This document shows positions 10,946 to 22,238 of a DNA stretch of 64,000 nucleotides, one piece after another. A program made the translations under genes and the position numbers. Source of the stretch: an uncultured Nitrososphaerales archaeon (GTDB lineage Archaea; Thermoproteota; Nitrososphaeria; Nitrososphaerales; Nitrososphaeraceae); contig CAVQMO010000001.1 of assembly GCA_963713605.1 (NCBI GenBank), positions 576,001 through 640,000 on the forward strand. The letters run 5' to 3'. The notes under the pieces were generated by a model. It made no database searches and had not been told where the DNA came from. It worked only from the letters and a program-made list of their open reading frames with translations. Every line of letters begins with the position of its first letter. The first letter of the stretch is position 1.

Positions 10946-12103
10946 TTGGCCAACAGACAAGAATTAATTAATGGATTTGCAACTGCGGAAGGAACCAAGC
11001 GATATGTGAAATATGCTGTAAATGAAAAAAGCAGACCTGAGAGCCATTTTCGCATTTTCGATAATCTAAATCTGTCAAGTCTTGGTATGGGAACCTATTT
11101 GGGAGATATCACAGACTACGAAGACGAGGCAATCGAAAATGCGACATACGAATCCATCAAATCTGGAGCAATGAATGTTATCGATACTGCGATCAACTAT
11201 CGAGCTATGAAATCAGAGAAATCCATTGGAAGAGCACTATCGCGCCTTATCAAGGATCGAATTATTTCAAGAGATCACGTTTTTATCTCGACTAAGAATG
11301 GTTACATAACCAATGACGGAGACTTTCCGTCTATAGGAATGATGGAATACATGCAGAAAATGTACATTACTCCTGGGCTTATAAGTCCGAGTGATATAAG
11401 CAGTGGCTACAATGTATTGAATCCTACATACATTGAGAGATGCATAGACAGATCATTATCCAATATGAAGTTGAGCACAATTGACTTGGTCTATGTACAT
11501 AATTCTTTTGAAAGTTGGTATCAGGATGTTTCCAGGGAGGAATTTATGGAAATGCTCAGCAAAGTTTTTCAGGTATATGAGAAATATAGGGCTAGAAATA
11601 AAATACGTTACTATGGAATGGCTACTTGGACTTGCTTTAGAGTACCTGATGATAGCAGTGAATATTTATCACTGGAAGCAGTTGTAAAGCTTGCACAAAA
11701 TGTCAATGAGGACAGTTCAAATAACCATGGCTTTCGGTTTATACAACTACCTTACAACCTGGCATACAACGAACCTTTGCTTTTAAAAAACCAGACTGTG
11801 GGAAACGAAAAGAATCTTTCAATTCTAGAAGCTGCATCAAAGCTTAAGATTGGAGTCTTTACTAGTATTCCTCTTTTTCAAGGGAGGCTCCTTCGCGCCA
11901 CCATTCCTAGTTACAATGAAGCTTTGACCGATCCAGTTGCAAAGATAGTACAAGTGATACGATCAACTCCGTCGGTGATTGCTCCTCTAATTGGTCAAAA
12001 AAAGCCAGAACATGTGGTACAGAATCTCCGGTTAGCAAATGTGCCACCGATGCAGATAGATGAGTTTAAGAGAGCGATCAACATACTCCTAGGCAAGACA
12101 TAA
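10946..12103 (+). CDS. Aldo/keto reductase
   Basis: LGMGT, IDTAINY, ISTKNG, IDLVYVHN, QLPYNL motifs. Confidence 0.9.
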   Translation: MANRQELINGFATAEGTKRYVKYAVNEKSRPESHFRIFDNLNLSSLGMGTYLGDITDYEDEAIENATYESIKSGAMNVIDTAINYRAMKSEKSIGRALSRLIKDRIISRDHVFISTKNGYITNDGDFPSIGMMEYMQKMYITPGLISPSDISSGYNVLNPTYIERCIDRSLSNMKLSTIDLVYVHNSFESWYQDVSREEFMEMLSKVFQVYEKYRARNKIRYYGMATWTCFRVPDDSSEYLSLEAVVKLAQNVNEDSSNNHGFRFIQLPYNLAYNEPLLLKNQTVGNEKNLSILEAASKLKIGVFTSIPLFQGRLLRATIPSYNEALTDPVAKIVQVIRSTPSVIAPLIGQKKPEHVVQNLRLANVPPMQIDEFKRAINILLGKT

Positions 12104-12712
12104 TTACGGATCCGAATAATCCGATGTCCTTTGAAAATATTGGTGAACATCGTTACTTGGGCCTTAACATATTGAATTACAGTCACTTCGCTTACACTAC
12201 AAAGGCTGACGATGATTTTCTGATAACGTATTGTTCATAGGAACTGAACTGAATTTAACTACACTTACTCGGTTAACAGTCTGATTAATTCAGAAAATAT
12301 CTAAGCATGCATTACATTTATTCATTACTTGAAATGACAATGCACAACCTTACTTCCGTATCAAAACCTACAACTCTGATAAGTTTCAATAATATGGAGG
12401 CCATATTCAATTGAAGGTTCTCTTTATGCACGAGTCGTTGATATGTCCCTATCATAAGAAAGCTCCTGTTCGGGAAAGGTCTTCCATCTCATTAACTTAC
12501 CCAATGTGCATTATTTTTGAACAATTAATTTTTAGATATTTCTGTAGGGTCGCAAACATACACAGCCACCTATACACTGGTTCGAATAACGGCGTAGGAT
12601 TCAATAGGAAAATGAAATAAAAATTGTGTATTAAGAGACTTGAACCATGGAGGTGAGACTTCCAGTGTTTAACATACAATAATTAAGCCTCTTCCACCAA
12701 TTTTCTTCTGCA

Positions 12713-13207
12713 TTATTCTTGGGCCTTCCAGCGATTATTGGAATTGTCCCAGCATCTCCTGCAGAGTTGACCATCGATCTTCCACTTAGGTTTAGGATTG
12801 TACCGGAAGAAGGGCATTTTATTACCACAAACCGCACAGTAGTTGATTCTTTTTTCGTATTCCTTGCTTTTCAGGGAATAACAGCGTTTACAAAGGTTTA
12901 GGTTTGTGTCCATGTTCCACTGCCATTTTGGTTTAAGCCATTCTGAGCCAGAACCAATGTCAGCGTTACACATTCCACATTTTTGAGATACCTCTTTCTG
13001 CTCTTCGATCGCGTCCTGCCCTTTCTTCTTTTTACCTACTTCAGAGCGTCCTGAAAATTCCATGGATTTTATAACGTGACAATCTCCGCAGAGCATACCT
13101 CGAATATCCCATTCGTTTCGTGGCTTGTACTTGAATTTTATCAACTCTTTATTGCAAACTGCACAGTGCTCCTGAGCTTTGTTACGTGTCAGCAGTGGAA
13201 ACCACAT
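12713..13207 (-). CDS. Triple Zn-finger repeat protein
   Basis: Three CxxC...KPxxxW...LCxxC repeats. Confidence 0.8.
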   Translation of the reverse strand: MWFPLLTRNKAQEHCAVCNKELIKFKYKPRNEWDIRGMLCGDCHVIKSMEFSGRSEVGKKKKGQDAIEEQKEVSQKCGMCNADIGSGSEWLKPKWQWNMDTNLNLCKRCYSLKSKEYEKRINYCAVCGNKMPFFRYNPKPKWKIDGQLCRRCWDNSNNRWKAQE

Positions 13208-13595
13208 CAGTAATTGTCTATAACCTTCCAGTATCTAACTCTTCTCAATTAGATCCATGGTGATGAATATTATTCGATCGATGTGTTGGCTTTACTGAGT
13301 AGAATTGGAGCCGACACATGTAAGACTTTTTGAATCATACATATCCCTTGGGTTCTGCTTGATTGTTGTTTGGATGTTTGTAATTGAAACCGTAGTGCTC
13401 TTAAGTCGCTAGATCCGTACCAAAATCTTTTTTGTAGAAAAAGATGCCTTTGATCACCAGGGCTTGAATTTCACTTATGGTCGTGAACGGCAGACTAATT
13501 CTCGGAGCAGTGTCAGGTCGCTAGATGAAGATTGATTGACCGTACAGTTCGAACCGTATTAAATAAAAGTAATAAAAACATAATCCTTCTATCGG

Positions 13596-14024
13596 TTAAT
13601 GTTTGTGCTCATGTGAAGCACCTCTGCCCGTGAGCGTTCCAGTATAGTCTCCCGTAATTTCCAACACATTCTCATCATTACTTATCTCTTTCAGTTTTTC
13701 TAAGTTCAATCGTTGATTTGTGACATAGTGAGTGCCTTTATCGTAGATAGATGGAACCATTCCCGTGCTCTGGAATATCTTATCTTTCATTAAATCGGAA
13801 TCCGTCCCGTCTTTTGTAAAGATTTCAACCATGTAGAATGGGGTATGCTCTGATTTTTCTTGCTCGCGAACAAGCAAATCATGGATAAGAAGTGGGTCTA
13901 CCTTAGGTAAATATGTTTCATATAGCGTTTGCAACCCGCGAAAAACGGACCTTATTTCTCTCAATTCAAATGATGACAAATTCTCAATATGATTATAGAA
14001 TAACTTATTCTTATAATTTCTCAA
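13596..14024 (-). CDS. Hypothetical protein (true start may be ~13979)
   Basis: Uninterrupted ORF with globular-like composition. Confidence 0.7.
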   Translation of the reverse strand: MRNYKNKLFYNHIENLSSFELREIRSVFRGLQTLYETYLPKVDPLLIHDLLVREQEKSEHTPFYMVEIFTKDGTDSDLMKDKIFQSTGMVPSIYDKGTHYVTNQRLNLEKLKEISNDENVLEITGDYTGTLTGRGASHEHKH

Positions 14025-14327
14025 TTTCTGCTGCCCTAACTCCAGAACCAGGAGTGGGAATTCCTTCCCATATTCTAATCAATTCTGTCAGGTAAGATTT
14101 GAGCAAACCATTACTCAACGTCTGATTTCAGATTCATGCTGAATAACTTACTGAGAATATGCATAAATAATCCATAGTCCCCCTTTTTAACGTTTAATAT
14201 TCCCTACAAACTAGGATTAGTTAAGCTCAGAAGTTACATTATAAGAGGACGAAATAATAATGAGATGTAGTAAAAGTGGCTACTATCTGGTTGAATAATA
14301 CAGAGCATCAATAACAGCCAGCAATCT

Positions 14328-14579
14328 TCATTTCTGTGACCTTCTAACAAATCTCGTCAACAAACCAATTGAACACATAATGATCCCTATCACAGCGACT
14401 GCATAGCCATATGTAGTCCAGTCCGCGTTATCGTACATGAAAGAAGAAGAAGGACCCACAAGACTGCTACTCTGAGCGATGAAGACAAGCCCCAATCCAA
14501 TGATGATACCTCCTATTAGTATTATCGAGATAGGTAGGTTCTTAAGATTCGGAAGCAATGCGGTTATGAGACTATCCAT
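14328..14579 (-). CDS. Small two-TM membrane protein
   Basis: Two hydrophobic helices flanking GPSSSFMY...W. Confidence 0.75.
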   Translation of the reverse strand: MDSLITALLPNLKNLPISIILIGGIIIGLGLVFIAQSSSLVGPSSSFMYDNADWTTYGYAVAVIGIIMCSIGLLTRFVRRSQK

Positions 14580-14753
14580 CGTCCAATTTATTTCTTCGAA
14601 TGCTCTACCAAATGGATCTATTTCGGGTTATTGATGAGGATAATCGCAAGACCGGACAGACTTCAAGAACGACCCATAGCTATCTAATCTTGGTACGGAA
14701 CGAAAATATTTTGAGTTCGTTGAGCTGCGATTCCAAATGGGAATGAATAAAAG

Positions 14754-15155
14754 ATGACTGGCATTAAAATTCAAATTATGTCGCATCTTGAACCTAACGA
14801 TAGGGTCGTCATTGCCGAGATTAGTTTAGTCTCCCTCGCAAAAGGCAAAACAAGCATGAGCGATGAGATTACTATTGCCTTTATGGCTATTAAGAGGACA
14901 AAAGGTTTGAAGGTTACTCTTACTGGAATGGGAACACTTGTAGAGTCACCAAATTTGAAGACAATTTTAAAGGCTGTCGAAGCTGCTCACGAAGCAGTAA
15001 AAAAAGTCGGCGTATCTCGAATCATCTCTACAATACGCATAGATCAAAGACTAGACAAAATGCATACTTTGGAAGATAGAGTCCAAATCGTGACGAGAAA
15101 ACTAGATGAGCATAAATTTTCATCCCATAATAAAAAAAACCACAAGAATCTTTAA
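14754..15155 (+). CDS. MTH1187/YkoF-family thiamine-binding protein
   Basis: IAEISLV..SMS..LTGMGTLVE..AHEA..RISTIRIDQRLDK. Confidence 0.85.
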   Translation: MTGIKIQIMSHLEPNDRVVIAEISLVSLAKGKTSMSDEITIAFMAIKRTKGLKVTLTGMGTLVESPNLKTILKAVEAAHEAVKKVGVSRIISTIRIDQRLDKMHTLEDRVQIVTRKLDEHKFSSHNKKNHKNL

Positions 15156-15280
15156 ATTGAAAAACTTATACGGGAATCTACTTTCAGACCTCGAATGGCT
15201 ATGATAAAGAGAATTAAACTTTTGCCCCCGTTTGAATGGAACATCCTATATGGAAGTAATTTGTATCTGGATAGCAGACT

Positions 15281-15889
15281 CTATTCATTTGTTAGTATGC
15301 TTTCTATATTTTCAACAAATAACTGGCTTGAATAGCTATCGCTAATCCCTTCTCTTCTAGCGTAGTGTTTAGCCCTTAGCATAAAAAGTTGATATTCCCT
15401 CTCTAATCTCTGTTTCACTCGTGTAAATTGGATTCTACTTTCGTGAATTTTTGAAGCTTGAAGGTAGGCGAATGATGTTAATATCACTATTGCTGCGACG
15501 GCAGATGCAAGAGTTATGAGCGGGTTGTTGACATTCTGGTTGGTTAAACCTAAAGCTAGCGCGTTTAGAATTGATACAAACAAAGCAGATGATATTATTA
15601 CCATTTTCCAGACGTTGAATTTCATTGAATTTGATCTGGCTTTATTTTGATACCAGTACAACGTTGGTATGAACCGCCTTTCTATATATTCTGAAAGAGT
15701 TGGTGATAATGAAATAGTACCATCATTCATAGTTGAGCTTTCATAATACTGAAAAGTTTCAGTCCCATTAGTTTGAGAACCTTGTGATATTTTTTCTTGA
15801 GCTTGATTGCTTCTCTCTTGCCGCTTTCTCAAATCAACTGCGATCTCTAACGGTATTTTCAGGTATTCCGCGACAAAATTGAGTCCCAT
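15281..15889 (-). CDS. DUF4231/SLATT-type two-TM protein
   Basis: WYQNKA before two TM helices, then RLEREYQLF...LFVENIESIL. Confidence 0.7.
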   Translation of the reverse strand: MGLNFVAEYLKIPLEIAVDLRKRQERSNQAQEKISQGSQTNGTETFQYYESSTMNDGTISLSPTLSEYIERRFIPTLYWYQNKARSNSMKFNVWKMVIISSALFVSILNALALGLTNQNVNNPLITLASAVAAIVILTSFAYLQASKIHESRIQFTRVKQRLEREYQLFMLRAKHYARREGISDSYSSQLFVENIESILTNE

Positions 15890-16432
15890 ATTTTTACTAT
15901 TTCTTCCCTTCTCTTTGCTTTTAACATCTGTTTGTTAATTAAAATCTTCAAAGTGCACAACAATAATTACTATGCTCTATCGTATTACTGAAACAATGTT
16001 TAGTTTTGTGATTTTTTGAAGCAAGAGAGTGGACCGAACCTGAATAGTAATGCCAGCTGCCCTACTTTGCTAATAATACGTTAAACAAGATATAGAACGC
16101 TCTGCTCGATAAGTAACTCTAAAACCTATACATAACAATCGAAGGAGACTAATCAGTATATTGGAAGAGTTGTAAATGTGTTAAGATATGGTAACTGATG
16201 GTTTTTGTCAACTAGGTTGATGCCGATTATATTTACGGCGGATATTCAAGGCAACTTCTAAAATTTTCCTCACCTTGAAATATACAAGCGCTATCGGAGA
16301 AAGGTTAATCACCGCAACCACTCCTATTTTTATGAGTAAACGGGTTCGAGTCGAGATTTAGAAATTCTGGTTTTATGTTCGACCTTCTCTATAAAAATAT
16401 TGAATCTCCTTGCATTTACGAAGTAACCAAAC

Positions 16433-16906
16433 TTGTCCAAAGGATCTGAGTCTGCACAGAATAATTTGACAAATGATCCGATCTTTTTAGTCTTAAAAGG
16501 GTATATAGGAAGATGCTATTGTTCAAGAACACAATATTCTATGGCCGAATACGAGGACGAGACCTTGGAGTCACAACCCTTGCGAGACGAAAACCATTTC
16601 CTAAACAAAATAAATTTACTTGAGGTTGAAAGAAACTCTCATGGGTCTGAGTTAAATGTGAGTTGGGAGACGATATCCGAGCTAGGAATTCTCGCTAAGA
16701 CAAGCGATGGCATGGCATGCGGGAATGTCATCTGTACATACAAAGACAACATAGTAGTCATAGATTTCGGAAGCTTTAGATTGCATAATGAGTACATCAT
16801 TCCAATATCGAGAATAAAAGGGTATGATGGAAAGTACATCTACCTCAGCGTCCCTAATGAAACAAACCTACGGTCCCTATGTGTATTAGTGGGACAATTA
16901 CTTTAA
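16433..16906 (+). CDS. Hypothetical protein with PRC-barrel-like C-terminal domain (start uncertain)
   Basis: AKTSDGMACGNVI...EYIIPISRIKGYDGKYIYLS pattern. Confidence 0.5.
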   Translation: MSKGSESAQNNLTNDPIFLVLKGYIGRCYCSRTQYSMAEYEDETLESQPLRDENHFLNKINLLEVERNSHGSELNVSWETISELGILAKTSDGMACGNVICTYKDNIVVIDFGSFRLHNEYIIPISRIKGYDGKYIYLSVPNETNLRSLCVLVGQLL

Positions 16907-17107
16907 AAAAAGACCATTTCTCATAGGAGGAGGCACAAAATAGGCTCGGCAAAAGTCTGATTATTTAGCCAAGTTTAAGCGATTTGAATCAAGAGGTTCA
17001 AAGTAGCCCTTTTTCGAGAGATCTATTGCAAAGTACAACACACGCTTACTTTGACAACTGACAAATGGTTAAATTTCAACCATAGAATATAGCTTTGTGA
17101 AGCTGCA

Positions 17108-17956
17108 ATGAAATCTAATCGTAATAAATTCGGAGGGAAAATAGTCCTCATCACAGGCGCTTCGGATGGCATCGGTAAACAGACAGCATTAGATTTTGGA
17201 TCGGCAGGAGCGATGGTAATAATTCTCGTCGCGAGAACTGAATCAAAGCTCGCTGAAGTGGAAAGCATTATCAGGGGGGGCAAACTGGTAAGGCAAGCCA
17301 GTGTTATTTCTTATATCTGCGATGTGTCAAACAAAAAGGAAGTATCAAAGCTGGCTCAAAAAGTCATTGATAGGTTCGGTTATATTGATATTTTAGTAAA
17401 CAACGCAGGAATCGGAATCTATGGCAAGTTAGAATATCAGACTACAGAAGATTTAGAATTGGTCATGCGAACCAATTACCTGGGAACTGCATATTGTACC
17501 AAGACTTTTCTTGGCCCGATGCTAAATAGACGGTCTGGTCACATCGTAAATGTAGCTTCAGTAGCAGGAAGCTTTGGAGTTGCCGGAATGGCTGGTTATT
17601 CCGCTTCAAAGTACGCGATATTGGGATTTTCAGAGTCCTTGTATCATGAACTACATGGTACGGGGGTTAAAATCACGGTTGTGAGTCCAATCGGGGTAAA
17701 AACAAATTTTTTCAATCACCACTCATTTGGCCCAAAGAGGCCAAATTACGCAGGCTTGTTCCTGGAGCCCCAGGCCGTTTCAAAAGCAATCCTGAAAGCA
17801 TCTTGCTCAAGTCGCCTTGAGATAGTTGTTCCTTTTTATGTTCGTGCAGGTGTGTGGCTAAAGCAAACTTTTCCGTACCTGTTAAACCCTCTCGTCGGTT
17901 GGCTATTTAGGCGGCAATTGAACAAGTCAAAAAGAGCTATAAGCGACATGAATTAA
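17108..17956 (+). CDS. Short-chain dehydrogenase/reductase
   Basis: TGASDGIG, LVNNAG, YSASK. Confidence 0.95.
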   Translation: MKSNRNKFGGKIVLITGASDGIGKQTALDFGSAGAMVIILVARTESKLAEVESIIRGGKLVRQASVISYICDVSNKKEVSKLAQKVIDRFGYIDILVNNAGIGIYGKLEYQTTEDLELVMRTNYLGTAYCTKTFLGPMLNRRSGHIVNVASVAGSFGVAGMAGYSASKYAILGFSESLYHELHGTGVKITVVSPIGVKTNFFNHHSFGPKRPNYAGLFLEPQAVSKAILKASCSSRLEIVVPFYVRAGVWLKQTFPYLLNPLVGWLFRRQLNKSKRAISDMN

Positions 17957-18079
17957 TAAGGCGAGGGAACTTGCTGGCTCAGACCCCATGCTTTCCCGAA
18001 TTACTGTGCCTTAAGAAGTCAGAGTCAACGAACTTCCAAGAATGAACCAGACGATTTTAAGAGTTTTATGATGGAACTG

Positions 18080-18456
18080 TTAAGTACCAGCCACCATTCT
18101 TCTGAGTTGTAGTTCCAAAGTACTGGATAAATCTATTCCTTTTACTTGAGCCTTCCTCAGTAACTCAGAATCGATATTCACGGTAACTTCTATGATAGAC
18201 GTTTGAGAAACCACGGGTTCGGATTTCGAAGAGCGGTTGCTTTCAAGCCTACTATCTTCGCCAGCCTGTAATTGTTCAATCTCACCCGATCCTTTTTCCG
18301 CATTTTCAAGTTCTGCTTCTTTTCTGCGGTGAATGAGTGATCCATTTTTTCAATTTCATTCTCAGGCTGTACTTCTTTCTTAATCATGTTCTCAACATCG
18401 CTTACACTATTCTCTACATCCTTTTTCTTCTTCTTAAAAAAAGACCCAAATCCCAC
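18080..18456 (-). CDS. Protein with C-terminal CcdA/VapB-like RHH domain (1-nt deletion at ~18322)
   Basis: Frame-corrected 125 aa: MGFGSFFKKKKK, acidic linker, then VTVNIDSELLRKAQVKGIDLSSTLELQLRR. Confidence 0.65.
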
Positions 18457-18607
18457 TTTTTATTCTCTACCTCTGTTCTTTCATAAAGAAATTCATCATA
18501 TTTAAGTAAATTGCAAAATTTAGGTATTTTTGAAAGATAAAATCATCTGAACTAGGAGATGTTTACAAGGTTATTATTCAAATTTGAAAAAGTTAAGGAC
18601 GCGAGAT

Positions 18608-18973
18608 TTATTTTACCTCTCTTCTTGCGTTATCAATTATTTTTGAATGATCGGCATCGACCTCTGTAGTTATATAAAGAATATGTTCTTCATCCAACGG
18701 CATCGTTATTCTTTTGATCTTCTCGTATTCAGCCAAAACGTATTTACCTTTACCTATCTTGGACTGAAGTGTGCTCCTGGTCTTCCAAGCGTTGACAGCC
18801 AATTCCAAGGATTTTTTACTTTCCTCTGGGGACAACAGGTTCTCTACTCCTTGTCGATGACCGGAGTGCATAATTCTTCCGTTCAGGTCACATATGGTGA
18901 CCAACCTAATTCTCGGATCAAGATTCATTATTCTTTCGTGAATAGATTTGTAATCCATTGTCCAATAATACAT
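18608..18973 (-). CDS. Roadblock/profilin-like protein of a family expanded in AOA (DUF6659-like)
   Basis: IMNLDPRIRLVTICD.NG...IGKGKYVLAEYEKIKRITMPL pattern. Confidence 0.7.
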   Translation of the reverse strand: MYYWTMDYKSIHERIMNLDPRIRLVTICDLNGRIMHSGHRQGVENLLSPEESKKSLELAVNAWKTRSTLQSKIGKGKYVLAEYEKIKRITMPLDEEHILYITTEVDADHSKIIDNARREVK

Positions 18974-19060
18974 AGGTGCTTCTAATAAGACTTGTTGAAT
19001 AGATGTATGATTGAATTTTATGTTAGGCCGAGAATACTCTTGTTGTTCGGATATTCTTCT

Positions 19061-19507
19061 CTATTCTGCTCCGAGCAACCCTAACAGATCGAATTCTTCT
19101 GCCTCTGATGTTGTGGATGCGGTTCTCTTAAGCTGAGCAATCGAGATTAAATGACCATCAGGATCTTCAACTATTGCATGCATGCCAAAAGGCTCTTCTC
19201 TGGGTTCCTTGAAGAACCGAACATTATTTTCTTTCAGAAATTGAACCGTAGAGTCAATATCGCTAACCATGAATCCTACCAGGGTTCCTGTCCCCAATTT
19301 CGTGTCCTTGCTGTCGACCTTGTTACTGCCTTTACCCTTTTTTAATGCATGTAAGGACAAGGTCGTTTCCCGATTAAAAAATTCAACCCAATCTGGAGAC
19401 TGAGTCTTAGTCTTAACTGGCAACCCGAGCACTTCTTTATAGAATTTCACTGATCTCTCCATATTCGACACCAGAAGTATCACAGTTCCAACTTTAGTAA
19501 AAAGCAT
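19061..19507 (-). CDS. VOC/glyoxalase family protein
   Basis: VSNMERSVKFYKEVLG...EDPDGHLI. Confidence 0.9.
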   Translation of the reverse strand: MLFTKVGTVILLVSNMERSVKFYKEVLGLPVKTKTQSPDWVEFFNRETTLSLHALKKGKGSNKVDSKDTKLGTGTLVGFMVSDIDSTVQFLKENNVRFFKEPREEPFGMHAIVEDPDGHLISIAQLKRTASTTSEAEEFDLLGLLGAE

Positions 19508-19939
19508 TATCTATCTAAACCCCCTCATTTTCCCTTAATTCCAACTGAGTTATAATTTTATCCATTAGATTCGCATTAATTGCGAAGTTTTTGAAGCATA
19601 TTGTGAACCCCTCTGTTAACGAACTCTGAAATAGCGAATTGTGACATAAAAACACTGACTATTATTATCGACAATTGGGGAAAACCTGTGGTCCAAGGGG
19701 GATAAACCCATTCTGCAACCCTTATGTCCACCCAATAATTCACATGAAATTAGGAATTAGGTATTATTGTAGATATAACAGTATCATTACAGAGTTCCTT
19801 CATTGCAGTAGGTCAACTGAAATCACGATTGATCATTTCGTGTATGCTTATATGGGTATTCATTGAGTGTCGCAAAAAGGACTATCATATCCTCATATGA
19901 ACTAGAAACTCTCGGAGCAAAATATTTTCTTCCTCGCGA

Positions 19940-20066
19940 CCAAGGCCTATTCTTCGTTCCTTCTCGTAATTTCGTTTTATATTTCAAACTGGCACCTCTT
20001 CTGTCCAGTCGCATATCCTATGGTTTTTTGTGCCTTGTACCTAGTGCATATTCCCATACAAGCCAA
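19940..20066 (-). pseudogene. Internally deleted thaumarchaeal small Zn-finger gene
   Basis: Three frame pieces LACMGICTRYKAQK / YATGQKRCQ / LKYKTKLR match, from recall, a conserved AOA family; central Cys segment absent. Confidence 0.55.
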
Positions 20067-20323
20067 ATATTATCTGGCCTTCCAGTCTATGATTGACAAT
20101 CCGACAATATAACCTCTAATGGCATTTCTATGCGCATTAGCAAATTGTGATGTACTTCCGATTCTTGCATATTGTGTGAGCTCTTTTTCGAACCTGTATG
20201 GTATATTCAATATCTGCCGACGTACCGATGTGAAAAGGCGAACATTGCTTCCTTACAATGGGGTTCACCTATTCGTCAAAGATGTTCATTTGATATTGAT
20301 AATGACTCCGAATCAATTGCGAT

Positions 20324-22109
20324 TTGTGTCTTGTCAAAACAGTTGCCACGATTTGGTGTGAAACTTTTTTGGACGAGAAGTGCATGCAGAATGATCGTCT
20401 TGTTTATAATAATATTCCGGAAATACGGGAACGAATGCGTTATTTCCATTATCGCCTTGGACAGATAGCAATGCTTTTTGCTCTCTTTTTCATCAGTTCC
20501 TATATTACTGACCTTAATCTAGGTATTGCTCAGAATAACCAAAATCATAATTTCCCATATCAGACGCCTCTCTTCTCTTCTCTCGACGAGAAAGAGGTAG
20601 TCGAAGCCAGTCCAAAGAGTGACGGGGTAGCCAGGATACTTCAGAACGCCACCATATCGCAAGGATCTTCTTCAGTTTCTGATGTAGAGGAGGTGTTAGA
20701 TGAACTTGCTGCTACTACTGGTAACTCCAGCCGGACAGTTAATGGCACTCAAGATGGTAAGCGTTATGATCGCACAGTCAGTTCTGATTCTTTTATGCTT
20801 GATAATGCCCTGTTCAAGCATTACCGAGAAGATGTAAATGGCATTACAATGCATTATGTAATGGGCGGGAAGGGAGAGGCAATTGTGTTATTGCATGGTT
20901 GGCCCCAAACATGGTACGAATGGAGAGATGTGATGCCGCTTCTAGCGAAGAACAACTATACTGTAATAGTGCCCGATTTGAGAGGCTTGGGAGACACTTC
21001 CAAACCCGCAGCTGGTTACGATGGAAATACGACGGCCTCTGACATTTATCAGCTGGTCTCTGGTTTGGGTTTTAATACCACCTATATAGTAGGTCATGAC
21101 ATAGGGGCTCAAACAGCGTATTCTTATGCTACAGCTCATCCAAACAATGTTAGCAAACTTGTTGTGATAGATCATGTATTTCCCGGTCTACTTTCAAATG
21201 AATCGTTTGTTGAACCTTGGTGGTTTTCATTTCATAGAGCATTGGACTTGCCCGAGGCTCTTGTTGCTGGTCACGAAGGTGAGTATTTATCATGGTTCTA
21301 TCGACAGCTTGCGCACAATCCATACTCTATCGACGAGGAGGCCATCGGCGAATATGTAAGGCAATATTCAGCTCCAGGAGGAATGCGTTCAGGATTCGAA
21401 TATTTCAGGGCGTCTCCAATTAATGCAATGACGAATAATGAAACATCAAGATCTAATCTCCCCACACCAATTTTAGCAGTATCTGGGGAAGTTTCACCTT
21501 TTGGGGGAGGCGACACCAAACCGAATTATGGTTTAGAATCAGCAAGACGGTTAGCAAACAACGTCTCTGCAATAATAATGCCTTCCTCTGGCCATTGGAT
21601 TCCTGAAGAGCAGCCCGGTCCCTTGGCAGACCTCCTAATCAAGTTTTTCAACGAAAAGTCTCAACCCCCTTTGTCCAACGAAACCGGAACAAAAACGGCC
21701 AATGCGATTGAAGCTCTAATTAAGACAATTGATAATGATAGCTTGCTTGAGTCTAACATTTCCCAGATGACTAATCTTAGCACTACTGCATCTCCAGATC
21801 AAACCACGCAAGTCCCTTCATCTAATCTTTCGACTGGCCCAGATACAGGGTCCTGGCAGGAACGAAACCATAAGTAATGTGTCCATTTCTAGCAACATGC
21901 CAGGCGAGAAACAAGATGACGAACAGTTGGCAGATCAAGTGACAATTCCTGGAAATAGATCATCTATCGAGTCAGCTAGAAATATGGATGGGCAGCTCCC
22001 TCCAAATCAATCTGGAGCGAAAGAGGAGCCATTGGCCGACCAAGGAACCCCCCTATCAGAAGCAATTGAGGCAATTTCCAAATTATTTGGAAGAAACAAC
22101 AGCGGCTGA
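20324..22109 (+). CDS. Secreted alpha/beta-hydrolase (epoxide-hydrolase-like) with low-complexity C-tail; +1 indel at ~21849 joins ORF 21879-22109; likely start ~20471
   Basis: LLHGWPQ, PDLRGLG, GHDIGA, GHWIPEE; hydrophobic signal segment; corrected frame PGRNETISNVSISSNM. Confidence 0.85.
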
Positions 22110-22238
22110 CAGCTGACAGAAATCTCACTAGTTTTTCCTAAATTCTGAAGTAACATCTAATTCATTTTTATTTAGCTCTTCGATTGTGTTGGATTACTGT
22201 ATATTTTTATGCGATAGTAAGTTAAGGGATCTGTTAGC

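Noticed and set aside
12570..16350. GGTTCGA T-loop-like motifs at ~12579 and ~16343 as tRNAs or att sites
   Set aside because: No cloverleaf stems could be built around either motif
19823..20014. Basic 63-aa ORF as a ribosomal protein
   Set aside because: No ribosomal protein motif; better explained as the tail of the broken Zn-finger gene
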